Below, in pieces: positions 12,156 to 22,234 of a stretch of 64,000 nucleotides of DNA. Each line of letters begins with the position of its first letter. The first letter of the stretch is position 1. Origin of the DNA: Calditrichia bacterium (GTDB lineage: Bacteria; Calditrichota; Calditrichia; JAJRVZ01); contig CAWCNS010000007.1 in assembly GCA_963796965.1 (NCBI GenBank), forward strand, positions 448,001 through 512,000, written 5' to 3'. Both the position numbers and the translations under genes were made by a program. The notes under the pieces were generated by a model that saw only the letters and a program-made list of their open reading frames with translations, made no database searches and was not told the DNA's origin.

Positions 12156-14165
12156 ATGATAAACTGGCTCAAATTTGTAAAAATAATTGCCCTTCTGATA
12201 GTTGTGGCTTTTGGCCCACAGAGACTATTATTTGGTGGGGAATTTGAGGGTAAATATTATTCAGGTGAAGGTGATACAGCGTATATTCAACTTCTTGATA
12301 TATCAAGGAGAATGTTTGATCCGGATCCTGAATTCCAGAACATTTCAATGCTCTATACACCTAAATGGAATGGATTTGTTGAGGGACCAACCTGGGATGC
12401 CTGGTGGATCCAGAACAGCTATGGTCCCACCTATTGTGCTCTTCCCTTTTACACCGAGCCCTATTTGACCTTTATGCAAAATGCGCAGGATTTATGGTTC
12501 GACCAAATGGGCGATGGCAAGAGAGTTGGCGCAAAAGACCTTCAGGCACCTGACGGTAGTCTCTGTGACGCTGCCCGGCCAGGCTGGATTATGTATAAAC
12601 AGGGTGATGGCAGGGTTGATATTCATGATTGGGGGATGGAGTTCACCGCAGCAGGGGTCGTTTTGCAGGCAGAATTACTCTTAATTAGCCGGGATTTAGC
12701 CGCTATTGAGCGATATTTGCCTCTGCTTAACCGCAGTATCAATTTTATTGAATCTCGTCGTGATCCAAATAACAATCTATTTTTAGCCGGTCCGGCGGCA
12801 AACTTACTCGCCCCAAGTTATGCCGGTTGGCAAAAAGAAGGGGGAATATATGACAAGGCCTATCTCTCGGGTCTTTCAATTACCTATATTGCTGCCCTGG
12901 ATCGGATGATTGAATTAGGAAAGTTGGTAAAAAGGTATGGCTTGGTTAAAACTTATGAAACGAGAAGAAATCTCACCCATAGCGGATTAAATCTTCTGAC
13001 CACAGATGAGGGCTACTTTATTAAATCTCTTGATCCTGATGGCACCAAACATGGCGTTTATGGTGCTGAAAAATATGGCTATTTTGAATCCTCTCCAAAT
13101 CATGATGCCATTGCCTTCAGGGTAATAGATGATCTGCAATCCCATAAAATATACAATAAAATTGCCTCAATTCCAGGTCTCCGACGCTATCATGTGATCA
13201 TTGCCAATGAACCTGGACTCGATGATATGTATGATCCGGGGACATCCTGGCTTTGGAAACATGGCACATGGGTAAATGGCGGGCATTGGTCCACCTGTGA
13301 GGCCCGTATGATGATGGCCTATTACAGATTGGAGAAATTTGATGATCTTCAGAGATCAATGAAGCATATACTTGGTTTTGCAGAAGAATTCCGTATGGAT
13401 AATCCTCTGGTGGAATTTGGAAGCAAGGTATATCAGCCAAAAAAACCAATAAATCTTTGCTATGATTCTTTTGGTCCACCCGCAGCCATGATGCGGGGCC
13501 TATTTGAATATCTCTATAAGGCCGATAACCTGGTACTTATTCCACATATACCCAAGGGAATCACTCAATTGAGTCAACACTTCCCTATTCGTTGGGGAGA
13601 AAAAGAATTATATCTTTCCACCTATGGACATGGGAAAATTGCATCGGTAACGATTAATGATCAAATATATGAGAAATTGGGCCACGATCGTATTGAATTA
13701 GAATTTGATAAAATACCACAACAAGCACATATTCGCATCCAATTTCAGAACGGTAAACAAATCAAAAAAGGTGTTACCACATCACAAAAAACCAGTAATA
13801 TTCAGGAAGAGAACGTCCCTGCTTCTATCAATTTTAACAATTCAAACTTTAAGAGAGTTAAAGCTTTTTATGCATTAAGAAAGGACTTCCATAATCAAAA
13901 TATTTATGAGATTAAACATGCCCTGTTGGTCCTCAAGGCTGCAAAAGCGTATTCGGAGAGAAAAGCAAAACTCGAATCTGGATATCTCAGATCCCTTTCC
14001 GAACCAGCTGCTTCTGCCGCTGATGCATCCTACAAAGATACCATCATAAATTTATCACAAGGCTTGTCTGATCTGCTTGATTCCTATTCACAGAGTCATG
14101 ACCGCCAAAAAAGGGATATTTACAAGCTCTGGGAAAGGGCTAAAATGAGCGTTAATAAAGAATAG
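12156..14165 (+). CDS. Secreted protein, probable (alpha/alpha)6-barrel glycoside hydrolase-like
   Basis: Signal peptide; W/Y/D-rich, with NGGHW and GLFEYLY...LIPHIP resembling six-hairpin GH C-termini; lies between a sulfatase and a GH123-like gene. Family not identified. Confidence 0.5.
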   Translation: MINWLKFVKIIALLIVVAFGPQRLLFGGEFEGKYYSGEGDTAYIQLLDISRRMFDPDPEFQNISMLYTPKWNGFVEGPTWDAWWIQNSYGPTYCALPFYTEPYLTFMQNAQDLWFDQMGDGKRVGAKDLQAPDGSLCDAARPGWIMYKQGDGRVDIHDWGMEFTAAGVVLQAELLLISRDLAAIERYLPLLNRSINFIESRRDPNNNLFLAGPAANLLAPSYAGWQKEGGIYDKAYLSGLSITYIAALDRMIELGKLVKRYGLVKTYETRRNLTHSGLNLLTTDEGYFIKSLDPDGTKHGVYGAEKYGYFESSPNHDAIAFRVIDDLQSHKIYNKIASIPGLRRYHVIIANEPGLDDMYDPGTSWLWKHGTWVNGGHWSTCEARMMMAYYRLEKFDDLQRSMKHILGFAEEFRMDNPLVEFGSKVYQPKKPINLCYDSFGPPAAMMRGLFEYLYKADNLVLIPHIPKGITQLSQHFPIRWGEKELYLSTYGHGKIASVTINDQIYEKLGHDRIELEFDKIPQQAHIRIQFQNGKQIKKGVTTSQKTSNIQEENVPASINFNNSNFKRVKAFYALRKDFHNQNIYEIKHALLVLKAAKAYSERKAKLESGYLRSLSEPAASAADASYKDTIINLSQGLSDLLDSYSQSHDRQKRDIYKLWERAKMSVNKE

Positions 14166-14226
14166 TAATTAATACAGTTTTTATTCAATAGAATAATTTT
14201 ATCACTTCGATTTTGAATACAAGGAC

Positions 14227-16009
14227 ATGATTATGAAATTCAATTCTATAATAATTCCAATGCTGCTCATCACAGTTTCTACTTATGGACAGATTATTCA
14301 ACATCCTGATTTTGAACCGCAATCGCCCATCAGTGTATCCTAAAGAAGAATGGGAGCAAATATCCCCTGGTCTGCACGGGTCCGTCGCCTCTGTTTATCA
14401 GCGTTATAATCGAGATGTGCCACCTGTCCTTGCTGAATCCTCGGAATGGCATGGGACAGGGTGGCGTGGAGAACGGGTTAATATTCAACTGGTACTCTGG
14501 ACAGCTACCGGTTGTAGGCAAGCACATATACAAGTCTCTGATTTGGTGAATAAGAAAGGAAATAAAATCATATCTTCTGCTATAAATCCAGCATTTGTCC
14601 GTTATACTCTGGGATATGAAGAGGTATATTATAAAACACAGCCCGGAAAACAAGGCCGTCAGGCGGTTATTGCTGATATAATAGATACACAAAAACAACT
14701 AGATATTCCAGCAGAAAGCACCCGTCCCCTATGGATATCTATCGATATTCCCAGAAGTGCGGCTCCCGGTAAGTATACAGGTGCCTTATCCGTGTCAGCC
14801 GAAGGAGGAATTAAAACTAAATTTTCAATTGATATAGAAGTGTTGCCTATAAGCCTTACACCCGCCAAAAATTGGTCCTTTTATTTAGACCTTTGGCAAA
14901 ACCCATTTAGTGTGGCTGAATATCATCAGGTTGAGATGTGGTCAGAGGCGCATTTTATTCTGATGGAACCCTTGTACAAACGGTTAGCCAATGCCGGTCA
15001 AAAGTGCATTACCACCAGCATTGTTCACCAACCCTGGGGCTCCCAAACCTATCGGCACTTTGACAGTATGATAAAATGGGTTAAAAAAAGCAATGGCAAC
15101 TGGGACTATGATTTTTCAATTTTTGACAAATATGTTGAATTTTGCATAAAGTGTGGTATATCAGAGCGGATAAATTGCTACTCTATGGTTCCCTGGACAA
15201 ATGCTTTTCGCTATTTTGATGAAATATCTGGTGATTACAAATCAGTGATAGCCAAGCCCGGTGAACCAGCCTATATGAACCATTGGCGTTCTTTCCTAAA
15301 GTCATTTTCTATCCATCTCCGCCAGAAAGGATGGCTTGAAAAAACCAGCATTGCTTTGGATGAACGATCAGAAGAAATGATGCTAAATATGATGCAATTC
15401 ATGAATTCTGTTGCACCTGAATTGCAGATTGCTTCTGCAGTTAACTATCATACAGAATTAACAGAAAACATCTATGATCTTTGTGTAATTATTCAACATA
15501 CGCCTGATGAAGAAATTATTCAACAGAGGGTAAACAAAGGACTACCAACAACCTACTATGTCTGTACCTCACCGGAAAAACCCAATACATTTACAAATTC
15601 GCCTCCCGCAGAAGCAACATGGATTGGCTGGTTTGCTGCAGCAAAAGGTTATTCGGGGTTCCTCCGCTGGGCTTATAACAGCTGGACAAAAGATCCTCTT
15701 CATGATACCAGATATGTGCGCTGGCCTGCTGGGGATTGTTTCCTGGTGTATCCGGGAAATCGAAGCTCTATTCGCTTCGAGATGTTACGTGATGGCATTG
15801 AGGATTATGAAAAAATAAGGATGTTAAAGTCAATTATCTCAAGTGATGGTGGAGATTCGAGTATCGAGGACATAATTGAAGAATCTTTGTCCGGATTTAC
15901 CTATGAGTCTGTCTATAAAGTTCCTGCGAAAAAAACCGTAACAGAAGCACGGGAATTACTTTTAAATGCAGCCAGGCTGGCGATAAAAAAAGAACAACCC
16001 TTCGATTGA
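14227..16009 (+). CDS. DUF4091 / GH123-like glycoside hydrolase (putative beta-N-acetylgalactosaminidase); frameshift in 5' region
   Basis: LDLWQNP, AGQKCITTSI, DER, YYVC, GFLRWAYNSW, AGDCFLVYPG, SIRFEMLRDGIEDYEK. A signal peptide sits in another frame from ATG 14227/14233 after AAGGA. Confidence 0.8.
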
Positions 16010-16012
16010 TTA

Positions 16013-16104
16013 AGACCTGAGCCAAGTTCAGGTTAACACAATGGTCATCCCGAACTTGGTTCGGTATCTATGATATAGAGACGTCAGGTTGGGAGGTCTC
16101 CTAC
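16013..16104. repeat. Family A REP pair plus degenerate GTAG-type REP between convergent genes
   Basis: AGACCTGAGCCAAGTTCAGGTTAAC, GTCATCCCGAACTTGGTTCGGTATCTA, then ATAGAGACGTC...GTCTCCTAC. Confidence 0.75.
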
Positions 16105-16188
16105 AATAAAGAGCAAATAGTCCAGCTTTGAGTGATATATTCAAAAAGGTATTATAATTTATGATTTGTGAAAAGACTTCGTATCAAT

Positions 16189-17499
16189 TTAAATTTGATT
16201 CCCGCAACATCTTTTATATTTTTTTCCACTCCTGCAAGGACAGGGATCGTTAACCCCCACATTGAGAGAAGGAAACCCCGCATCTTTCTCATTCGCCCAG
16301 GCCATCACGTTTGCAGGAGGGCGTTTTTCAGCTAATTCACCCACCATAAATTGCATATATGGATTTATATAGGTAAAAAACTTTTTGTATCCAGCGCATA
16401 GGTAGTTTAATCCCGCTTCACCATCGGGTGTTTTAATAAAACGATGCTTGGGACATTCTCCATTACAAATAAAACGAACCTCGCAATCGAGGCAATATTG
16501 TGGCAACATATCTTTTTTGTCTTGGCCAAACTTAATCTGTTGTTTATCCCTAGCTAAAATCGCCAGATTCGATTCCATGATATTTCCTAACCTGTTCTCC
16601 GGATAAACATAATGATCGCATGAATAAAGATCTCCATTATGTTCGATAGCCATAGCATCACCACAGGTTTCACTAAATATACATAGTCCAGGATTTAATC
16701 CTAGCCAGGCCTGTAAAGATATGTCAAATATCTGAACATAATAACGACCGACATCCTTGTGGACCCATTCATCAAATATTTCGCATAAAAATATTCCAAA
16801 ATGATCAGAATCTATCGACCAGGACGTTACTTCGGCATCATCATCATGATCCGGAGATACAAGGGTTAGTCCGGCATTTGTATGCTTCTCTGCTTTTCGC
16901 TCTACGATTGGTATAAACTGCATAAACCTGCTGTCAATTTCCTTCAGAAAATGATATAACTGGAGGGAATGATTTGAATTATCCTTATGTAATACAGTCA
17001 GGGTATTAAATTCCACATCATGCTTTTTTAGAAAATCCAATCCTTTCATAACTTGACTAAAAGATCCCTTTCCGCCCTTATTCAATCTATAATAATTATG
17101 CCGTTCTTCAGGACCATCAATAGAAAGTCCAATCAGGAAGTTGTTTTCTTTAAAAAATGAACACCAATTATCATTCAGGAGTATCCCGTTCGTCTGCAAG
17201 GTGTTTTCTATCATTTTACCAGCTGAATACCTGGCCTGGAGTTCAACGATCTTCGAAAAATAAGATAATCCTAACAAGGTAGGCTCCCCACCCTGCCAGG
17301 CAAAAGTAACCTGATCTGTTGGTTGTGAGGCAATATATTGTTTTATAAATGTCTCTAGAACATTATCAGGCATTTTAAAATCAGATTTATCCGGGTAAAG
17401 GTTTTCCTTCTCCAGATAGAAACAATAGTGACAGTCCAGATTGCAGATAGGGCCGTTTGGTTTGGCCATTATATGGAATGGATGCGATGAGTTAGTCAA
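16189..17499 (-). CDS. Anaerobic sulfatase-maturating radical SAM enzyme (anSME, AslB/ChuR type) with SPASM and SEC-C domains
   Basis: CNLDCHYC, WQGGEPTL, YSCDH, CNGECPK, YLCAGY; C-terminal NDPCPCRSGKKYKRCC. Confidence 0.95.
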   Translation of the reverse strand: MTNSSHPFHIMAKPNGPICNLDCHYCFYLEKENLYPDKSDFKMPDNVLETFIKQYIASQPTDQVTFAWQGGEPTLLGLSYFSKIVELQARYSAGKMIENTLQTNGILLNDNWCSFFKENNFLIGLSIDGPEERHNYYRLNKGGKGSFSQVMKGLDFLKKHDVEFNTLTVLHKDNSNHSLQLYHFLKEIDSRFMQFIPIVERKAEKHTNAGLTLVSPDHDDDAEVTSWSIDSDHFGIFLCEIFDEWVHKDVGRYYVQIFDISLQAWLGLNPGLCIFSETCGDAMAIEHNGDLYSCDHYVYPENRLGNIMESNLAILARDKQQIKFGQDKKDMLPQYCLDCEVRFICNGECPKHRFIKTPDGEAGLNYLCAGYKKFFTYINPYMQFMVGELAEKRPPANVMAWANEKDAGFPSLNVGVNDPCPCRSGKKYKRCCGNQI

Positions 17500-17724
17500 G
17501 ATTATCCCAGTTAGATCTATTGATTATAAGCCATGAATTGGTATTACATAATGTCATTCCGCCCGGAACGGGATCGCGCTTCAAGAAATGAATCTTCCCT
17601 CATGATTGAGAACCACTCGCATGCAGGAAGACTCCTTACAGGAGGACATTTGTGGTGTAAAAGCAAATAGAAATTATATCATTTTTAAAAATCGTACAAC
17701 GAAGATATTTACTTATCTATATAA

Positions 17725-17780
17725 AGACCCTAAACAAGTTCAGGGTGACCATAGGTCATCCCGAACTGTTTCGGGATCTA
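17725..17780. repeat. Family A REP pair
   Basis: AGACCCTAAACAAGTTCAGGGTGAC and GTCATCCCGAACTGTTTCGGGATCTA. Confidence 0.8.
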
Positions 17781-17892
17781 TGGTAAATTCATAATTCTAA
17801 ATTTTTACTTATCATTTTTTTTTAGTGGAATCCGTGGCAACTTCGTGACTATTTGAACTTTTAGAACATGCACGAATGAGAACAATCTATAG

Positions 17893-18978
17893 TTAAGCAG
17901 GATAATCTTTCACCGCTTCGAAGAAAGCCAGGACATTTTCAACAGGTGTGTCATCCTGAATATTATGAGCAGGGGCGATAATATATCCTCCATTTTTCCC
18001 TAAAATCTCTATCTTCTGGTATACATCATCCCTTATTTGCTCCGGGGTTCCAGATGGAAGTAGTTCCTGTATATCAATCCCACCAAAAAAGATGAGGTCC
18101 TTACCAAATTCTTTCTTTAGATTGACTGGATCCATGTCCCTGGCCCTGGGTTGGATTGGATTGAGGATATCTAACCCAATCTCTATAAAATCAGGTATAA
18201 GAGGCAGAATCGAACCACAGCTATGCCAGGCAATCTTAATGTCTGGATTGACCTTTCTGAATTCCTCGAATATATATTTTATTCTTGGTTTAAAATGAAC
18301 ACGCCAAATTTCAGGAGACATGATGACACCATGTTGTCCGCCAAAATCATCACCGGCCCAGATGATATCAGCACCTAATCGGATTAACTCCTTTCCAACT
18401 TCAAGATTTATATCCATAATTTTATCAAGTAAAGGATCAATATAGGAGGCGTTCATCATTAAATCTGTAAGTAGTTTTTCAAGGCCAACCAAATACCAGG
18501 CTGTTTCAAAAATAGTACATTCAAGATCAGCAATAATACCATAGTCCTGACCATACGTATTAACTGCATATCGGGCATCATCAAAACGTCCCTCGGCATG
18601 GGGATCCGGAAAATTATATGCGTTTATTTGTTTGGGATTATCCACAGCGGCCAGGGGAAAACTCTCAAATTCACTATAGAGTCCGATATCTTTAAAACGC
18701 ATTCCCCACTCATTTATGGTAATACCCTTCTCATCCTTATAGGTTGGATAATTTTTGGGGGCACAAGCAGCGATTCCAACACAATCATTGCCAAGGTGCG
18801 TCAATAGTATGCGATGAGAAATCCTTGTTGAAAGGAGCGAATCGATTGGTTTTTCATAGGCTATATTTTCAGCCCGAGACATTTTTTTAGCCACCTGGGC
18901 TGTTAAAGTCGCAAAAACAGGCGGCCTGTCGGGAATCTGGTCGTTGAGAATATGTAGTAAACGGTCACGTGAGGTCAT
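17893..18978 (-). CDS. Uroporphyrinogen decarboxylase (URO-D/MtaA-like) family protein
   Basis: MTSRDR..PDRPP, GDDFGGQ, WHSCG, NPIQP, GGIDIQ, GYIIAPAHNIQ; lacks the HemE MRQAGR motif. Confidence 0.88.
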   Translation of the reverse strand: MTSRDRLLHILNDQIPDRPPVFATLTAQVAKKMSRAENIAYEKPIDSLLSTRISHRILLTHLGNDCVGIAACAPKNYPTYKDEKGITINEWGMRFKDIGLYSEFESFPLAAVDNPKQINAYNFPDPHAEGRFDDARYAVNTYGQDYGIIADLECTIFETAWYLVGLEKLLTDLMMNASYIDPLLDKIMDINLEVGKELIRLGADIIWAGDDFGGQHGVIMSPEIWRVHFKPRIKYIFEEFRKVNPDIKIAWHSCGSILPLIPDFIEIGLDILNPIQPRARDMDPVNLKKEFGKDLIFFGGIDIQELLPSGTPEQIRDDVYQKIEILGKNGGYIIAPAHNIQDDTPVENVLAFFEAVKDYPA

Positions 18979-18990
18979 TAATATCTCCTG

Positions 18991-20036
18991 CTATTCAAAT
19001 GTTTGAATATAATTGCCAATGCCTATTACAATCGTTGATAATACCAATACCGCCAAACCGGCCATTATGGTCCTAATTGTTAGTTTTCCTGATCCTTTCC
19101 ACTCCTTTAAAATCAATCCCCACATGTTACTAAAGATAATGATAAAAGCCATATGGATGCTCCAACTGGCGAAATCATAGGCTCCCATACGCGTTGTTCC
19201 CATACCATAAAACATAAATTGCAAATACCAGGTAATACCCGCCAGGGCAGAAAAGAAATAGTTATTTAGAACAGGTGTCTTATCTGTTTTGATATAATCT
19301 CTAATGGTTTTATTCTTAAACGACAAAACCATACACCAGATAAAATTTGTTGTAAATCCCCCGAGCAAAATAAAAATAAATATGGGACTATTACTAAAAG
19401 CTCTGGCGTACCCATTTCTACTGCTATTTGGGCAATCGGTTTGCCTGCCGCAATACCAAAGGCAAAACAGGCACTCATAATTCCTGCCAGAATGGCCACC
19501 CAAATGCCTTTTTGGAGATTAAATTCTTTTATCTGGGCTGTTTTTTGCTCATCAGATAATTCTTTATCTTTGAGTATACCCGCTCTCCCCGTGATTGCAA
19601 TACCAATCAAGCAGATAAGAACTCCTCCCAGAGTTACAAGACCAGAAGTTTTAGAAATAAGCAGGCCAAATTGATCAAAATAAATAGGTGGTATTAATGT
19701 TCCAAAAGCGGCCGTCAATCCTAATGCCAGGGCCATCCCCAGGGACATACCTAAATATCTCATCGTCAGACCAAATGTTAACCCGCCAACTCCCCACAGA
19801 ATCCCAAAAAAATAAGGCCATATCATCTGATTAACAGAAAGTTTAGTTAAAAGCGCGCTAAGATCTGGCACGGCGATGAATGAGGTTATCCATGGTGCAA
19901 TAATCCATGCAAAGACCCCACCGACGAGCCAATAGACTTCCCAGGCCCAATTTTTTACTTTGCTGTAAGGGATATAAAAACTACCTGCGGCAAAACCGCC
20001 GACCGCATGAAAGAAAATTCCTAAAATCGGATTCAT
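18991..20036 (-). CDS. rhaT: L-rhamnose/proton symporter RhaT family (frameshift near 19398)
   Basis: GSFYIPYSKVKNWAWEVYW, LTFGLTMRYLGMSLG and AGIMSACF in frame 1; GGFTTNFIWC, WYLQFMFYGMG and SWSIHMA in frame 2. Confidence 0.88.
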
Positions 20037-20258
20037 TTTAACTCCAAAATATTTGTAGTGGGAGGCCAGTTATTGTCCATATCATTCCTACTATTAAACA
20101 GTAATGTTTGTGTTAATACTGCATTCAACATATGTTCTGTCATCATATGCCGTGGTTTTATATCCATTTTGTGGCGGTTCATGAACGGTCGTTGTGTATT
20201 TTTGTTTTATTCGCAGTGTAATTTTGCTTTATTGCAGTGTAATTTTGCTTTATTATAG

Positions 20259-20285
20259 AGAGACGTCCCACCGGGACGTCTCTAC
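20259..20285. repeat. GTAG/CTAC-type REP palindrome (family B)
   Basis: Perfect 11-bp IR AGAGACGTCCC-ACC-GGGACGTCTCT ending CTAC. Confidence 0.75.
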
Positions 20286-20340
20286 AAGACATAATTTATC
20301 TTTACTCACGTTACTTCAAACAATATATATGCTGAAAACA

Positions 20341-21016
20341 CTAAACTAAAAATTTTTCATAATCATTACAGAGCAAATATTTAGGATCCTCATCTTCCTC
20401 AATATCTGGGAATCGGGTCACCTCCAGAAAGCGATTGTCGTTTGCATCATCATTAACCATGGACACCTCCCCAATCATTACAGGGCTCGTTTGACCGTAG
20501 AACTTATGATAGAGGTAGGGAGGCAAAGTCAAACTCTCCCCAGGTTTAAGAACGACCTGTTCACCCGCTTTTACAGACTTGCTGATACCGTCCTGGGAAA
20601 ATTGAACTGGTGTATCGGCCAGTTTTTCATCTTTGGTTGCATTATAGAGTTCAAAAACCAAATCTCCCCCACCACGATTAATGATATCTTCCATTTTATC
20701 CCAGTGAAAATGGTAAGGTGTGACCTGGTTTGGCCTGGCAATCATTATTTTTTCGGCAAATGGCTTGGTGTAGATATCGCTTTTATAAACTCCATTACGG
20801 ATAGTAAAAAGTAATAATCCACATTCCTCGAAATTTCCTGATCCAAAGTCGGTTACATCCCAACCCAGATGAAGATCTATTATTTCAGTCAGCTGAACGC
20901 TTTACTGAATGCCATTCATTTATCGAAAAGTAGGCAAAAGGAGGGAGAAAGAAATTCATTGACTGGAAAAAATCAATCGCTTCATCAATTATCCCGTTAA
21001 TGTCAGATCTTTTCAT
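20341..21016 (-). CDS. D-lyxose/D-mannose family sugar isomerase (cupin); frameshift near 20897
   Basis: MKRSDIN...FFLPPFAYF from ATG 21016, then LGWDVTDFG, LFTIRNG, AEKIM, TPYHFHWDKMEDIINRGGG and GEVSMVNDD in the second frame. Confidence 0.9.
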
Positions 21017-21164
21017 ATTCACTAGTCCTACTCAGGATAGTTTAAAGTGTTCTCCTCAGATCATCAGCTTGAACACGTTTCAGGTTCTGATACTTCATGA
21101 GAACATCATTTCGGTATATTTTTATTGATACCACTAGTTAAGTCCGGTTATAAATAAACTATTG

Positions 21165-22187
21165 CTATTGTAAAGTCTCTTTTTCAACACCTGTAAAGGT
21201 CATTTTAACAGGTTTAATGGTTCCATTATTGTTGAATTCTAATTTTTCTATACATGTTACACGGTGATCACGCCCCTTGTTTGGAATTGGCCGTCTATGG
21301 TAAATAATATACCATTGGTCAGTTCCGGGTAAATTGAATACAGAATTATGCCCTGCCCCGGTTGCTACATTTTTATCTGTTTCAAGTACAGTTCCAATGC
21401 GCTTAAATGGCCCTGTTGCATTTTTTGCTATAGCATAAGCAACTTTATAGGAACCATCACCCCAGTTTCCCTCTGACCACATAAAATAATATTTATCGTA
21501 TCTCAGAAAAATAACCGGTCCCTCGACATATCCTTCCGGTGTAATCTCTTTGAATATAGTACCATCATCCCAGGTAAGAAAACCCGTAAAATCATCTTTT
21601 AATTTTGTCAGATTACAGCGTCTCCATCCGCCATAAATCATATAATGTGTACCGTTATTATCTCTAAAAACAAATTGGTCTATAGGCTGGGCCTCATTAT
21701 GAAATTCAGAAACTAATGGTTTACCTAAATAATCACGAAATGGACCTTCGGGGTAATCAGCAATGGCAATCCCTATTCCTCCAGTATGATTTCGGGAGTC
21801 ATTTTCATCCCATAAAGGTCCACCCGGTTTTTGAATATCATTTGCAGAAAAAAAGAGGAAGAACTTGTTATCTTTCTCGACAATTGAAGGCGCCCACAAA
21901 GCACGATGTGCCCACTCAACGATAGATGTATCAAGAATATGCGAATGTTTTTTCCAAGTGACAAGATCTTTTGAAGAAAATGCATCCAGAAAGACCTGCT
22001 CATCATATTTTGCAGAAAAAGTGGGGTAAATCCAGAATTCGGAGCCAAACACCGCCCCTTCCGGGTCAGCATACCATCCAGGCAAAATGGGATTTCCCGA
22101 CGAAACTGGTTCTTTACAGGTTTCTTTTTCAGAACAGTGAATAAACATAGTAACAGATAGTATTAAAAGATAGTTCTGAATTTTCAT
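21165..22187 (-). CDS. Glycoside hydrolase family 43, lipoprotein
   Basis: NPILPGWYADP, LWAPS, PIDQFVF, YVEGP, GAGHNS; lipobox FIHC. Confidence 0.92.
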   Translation of the reverse strand: MKIQNYLLILSVTMFIHCSEKETCKEPVSSGNPILPGWYADPEGAVFGSEFWIYPTFSAKYDEQVFLDAFSSKDLVTWKKHSHILDTSIVEWAHRALWAPSIVEKDNKFFLFFSANDIQKPGGPLWDENDSRNHTGGIGIAIADYPEGPFRDYLGKPLVSEFHNEAQPIDQFVFRDNNGTHYMIYGGWRRCNLTKLKDDFTGFLTWDDGTIFKEITPEGYVEGPVIFLRYDKYYFMWSEGNWGDGSYKVAYAIAKNATGPFKRIGTVLETDKNVATGAGHNSVFNLPGTDQWYIIYHRRPIPNKGRDHRVTCIEKLEFNNNGTIKPVKMTFTGVEKETLQ

Positions 22188-22234
22188 CTCCGGGATTTAT
22201 GCTTTCTATATTTTTTTAATAACCGATCTTAGAA

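Noticed and set aside
17893..18978. hemE (tetrapyrrole synthesis) assignment for the URO-D-like genes
   Set aside because: The HemE signature is absent and the context is sugar catabolism.
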